A program made the translations under genes and the position numbers. From the IMG/VR virus record IMGVR_UViG_3300025127_005641, positions 1 to 55,986 of that record: DNA of 55,986 nucleotides. One strand, given 5' to 3'. The notes beneath the pieces are model-generated. The model ran no database searches. It was not told the origin of the DNA and saw nothing but the letters and a program-made list of their open reading frames with translations. Source of the stretch: a virus (taxonomy: Duplodnaviria; Caudoviricetes). Below are positions 54,344 through 55,986 of this stretch, in pieces. Each line of letters begins with the position of its first letter. Position 1 is the stretch's first letter.

Positions 54344-54981
54344 AGAATAAAATAATTATTGAACTTCGAGCAGCAATTAATGTTTCTGGTAATAATTTTT
54401 TACCATTGTGTCATGGTGAGAAAAGAATACAACAATATGTTGATGGATTAACTCAGTTTTATAAGCATATAAAACATTTTGAAAATTGTGATATTATTTT
54501 TGTAGACAATACTTTGGAAAATACATCTAAAATACCTTCAGAGATAAAAAAATGTTTAAGTAATAATACGATTTTTCATGTTAAAATTAAAAATAATTAC
54601 GGACAGTATAATAAAGGTGCTGGCATTATTGATATGTGGAAAGATTATTCAAATATCATGAGTAAATATGATTATATCTTTTATTTTGAACCAAGATTAA
54701 TTTTAAAAAATTTTTCTTTTATCAAATCATTTTTAGATAACCCAAGAAATTATTTTACATTATGTAGAGATGATCAAGTTAGAACTGGATATTTTGGTGC
54801 TTCTGTAAAAGATCTTTTTGAGTTTTACAGTCAGATAGATTTGAATTATATGGTAAATAATTTTATATCCTTAGAGGATATTATGTTTCATTTTTTTAAA
54901 CATAAAGATACTGAGTTTGATAGTAATACATATTGTCTTTGGCATGATGTAGCTTATGGAGATAAATATGTCAACTATTAA
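54340..54981 (+). CDS. hypothetical protein, possibly glycosyltransferase-related
   Basis: IIFVDNT, YNKGAG; inside sugar cluster. Confidence 0.55.
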   Translation: MKNKIIIELRAAINVSGNNFLPLCHGEKRIQQYVDGLTQFYKHIKHFENCDIIFVDNTLENTSKIPSEIKKCLSNNTIFHVKIKNNYGQYNKGAGIIDMWKDYSNIMSKYDYIFYFEPRLILKNFSFIKSFLDNPRNYFTLCRDDQVRTGYFGASVKDLFEFYSQIDLNYMVNNFISLEDIMFHFFKHKDTEFDSNTYCLWHDVAYGDKYVNY

Positions 54982-55507
54982 ATCATCATATAAAAGACAT
55001 AATTATGATAAAGTATTTAAATCTTTATGTTTCTGTTTAGATCCAAAGTTGATTGTGGAATTTGGCATCTTGGAGGGGTATTCGTTAGATTGTTTTATAA
55101 ACTATAGTAATGCATCTACTATAGAAGCTAATGATCTTTTTGATGATTTTCCCTATAATGCAGCAGATAGAACTCATGTTGAAGAAAAATATAAAGGGGT
55201 AAATAATCTTAGAATTAAAAAGAAAAATTTTTACGAATCAGTAAATGATTATAGTGAAAACTCTATAGATATTCTCCATATCGATATTGCAAATAATGGA
55301 GATACCTATGATTTTGCAATTAAAAATTATTTACCAAAAGTGAGGGGAATTATGATTCTAGAAGGTGGATCTGAAGAGAGAGATAATGTAGAATGGATGA
55401 TTAAGTACAGTAAACCTAAAATACAACCAGTATTGAAAAAATATGATGATAGTGCTATAATTACAGTGTTTAAAGATTACCCATCACTTACTTTGATTAA
55501 AAAATGA
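54968..55507 (+). CDS. class I SAM-dependent methyltransferase
   Basis: IVEFGILEGYS, IDILHIDIAN. Confidence 0.72.
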   Translation: MSTIKSSYKRHNYDKVFKSLCFCLDPKLIVEFGILEGYSLDCFINYSNASTIEANDLFDDFPYNAADRTHVEEKYKGVNNLRIKKKNFYESVNDYSENSIDILHIDIANNGDTYDFAIKNYLPKVRGIMILEGGSEERDNVEWMIKYSKPKIQPVLKKYDDSAIITVFKDYPSLTLIKK

Positions 55508-55986
55508 TTCCGCTATTTAAAGTCTTTATGAGTGATAATATCTCTCATGAAATATCAAAAGTATTAACCTCTGGATTTATAGGTCAAGGTCCTCAAGTTG
55601 AAAAATTTGAGGGATTGTTGAAAGATTATTTCGGTAATCAAAATGTAGCTACTACAAATTCTGCCACATCAGCCGAGCATCTTGCCATTCACATGTTAAA
55701 AAAACCATTAGGAAACATAGGTGTAGGGGATGAAATTCTTTCTACACCTTTAACATGCACTGCGACTAATTGGCCGATACTTACAAATGGTATTGATATA
55801 AAATGGGTTGATGTTGATACAAATAACTGTAATATGAATTTAGATGATTTAGAGAGAAAAATAACTCCTAAAACTAAAGCTATTATGGTTGTGCATTGGG
55901 GTGGATATCCCATTGACATTGATAGGTTGAAAGACATTCAAACCAAGACAGAAAAATTATATGGATTCAAACCTATAATTATTGAA
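55504..55986 (+). CDS. DegT/DnrJ/EryC1/StrS aminotransferase, 3'-truncated
   Basis: MIPLFKV, GPQVEKFE, NSATSA, GDEILSTPLTCTAT, TKAIMVVHWGG, ends IIIE at window edge. Confidence 0.88.
   Translation, partial: MIPLFKVFMSDNISHEISKVLTSGFIGQGPQVEKFEGLLKDYFGNQNVATTNSATSAEHLAIHMLKKPLGNIGVGDEILSTPLTCTATNWPILTNGIDIKWVDVDTNNCNMNLDDLERKITPKTKAIMVVHWGGYPIDIDRLKDIQTKTEKLYGFKPIIIE

Noticed and set aside
55689-55937. Minus-strand 82-aa ORF
   Set aside because: Antisense to the clear plus-strand DegT aminotransferase that the track missed because it is truncated.

Overview
AT-rich, gene-dense, mostly plus-strand segment of a T4-like marine cyanomyovirus, probably a large P-SSM2-like Prochlorococcus phage. 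It holds the replication module (gp45, gp44, gp62, regA, gp43, uvsX, gp41, gp61, nrdA/nrdB) with host-like auxiliary genes (psbN, cobS, full-length gcvP, hsp20, mazG, nifU-like, PTOX, talC). It also has a late block of Lys-rich putative capsid-internal polyproteins, a region of small membrane proteins, the only convincing minus-strand operon (three signal-peptide proteins), and a nucleotide-sugar/glycosyltransferase cluster that runs off the right edge. Non-coding features are a probable manA RNA, a Pho box in front of a PhCOG173/DUF680-type gene with no pstS behind it, a ROSE-like hsp20 leader, an unassigned pseudoknot-forming leader upstream of the DNA polymerase cluster, sigma70 and T4-late promoters, and terminators. 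No tRNA, rRNA, CRISPR array, intron or intein was recognised. All calls come from motif recognition by eye; no searches were run.
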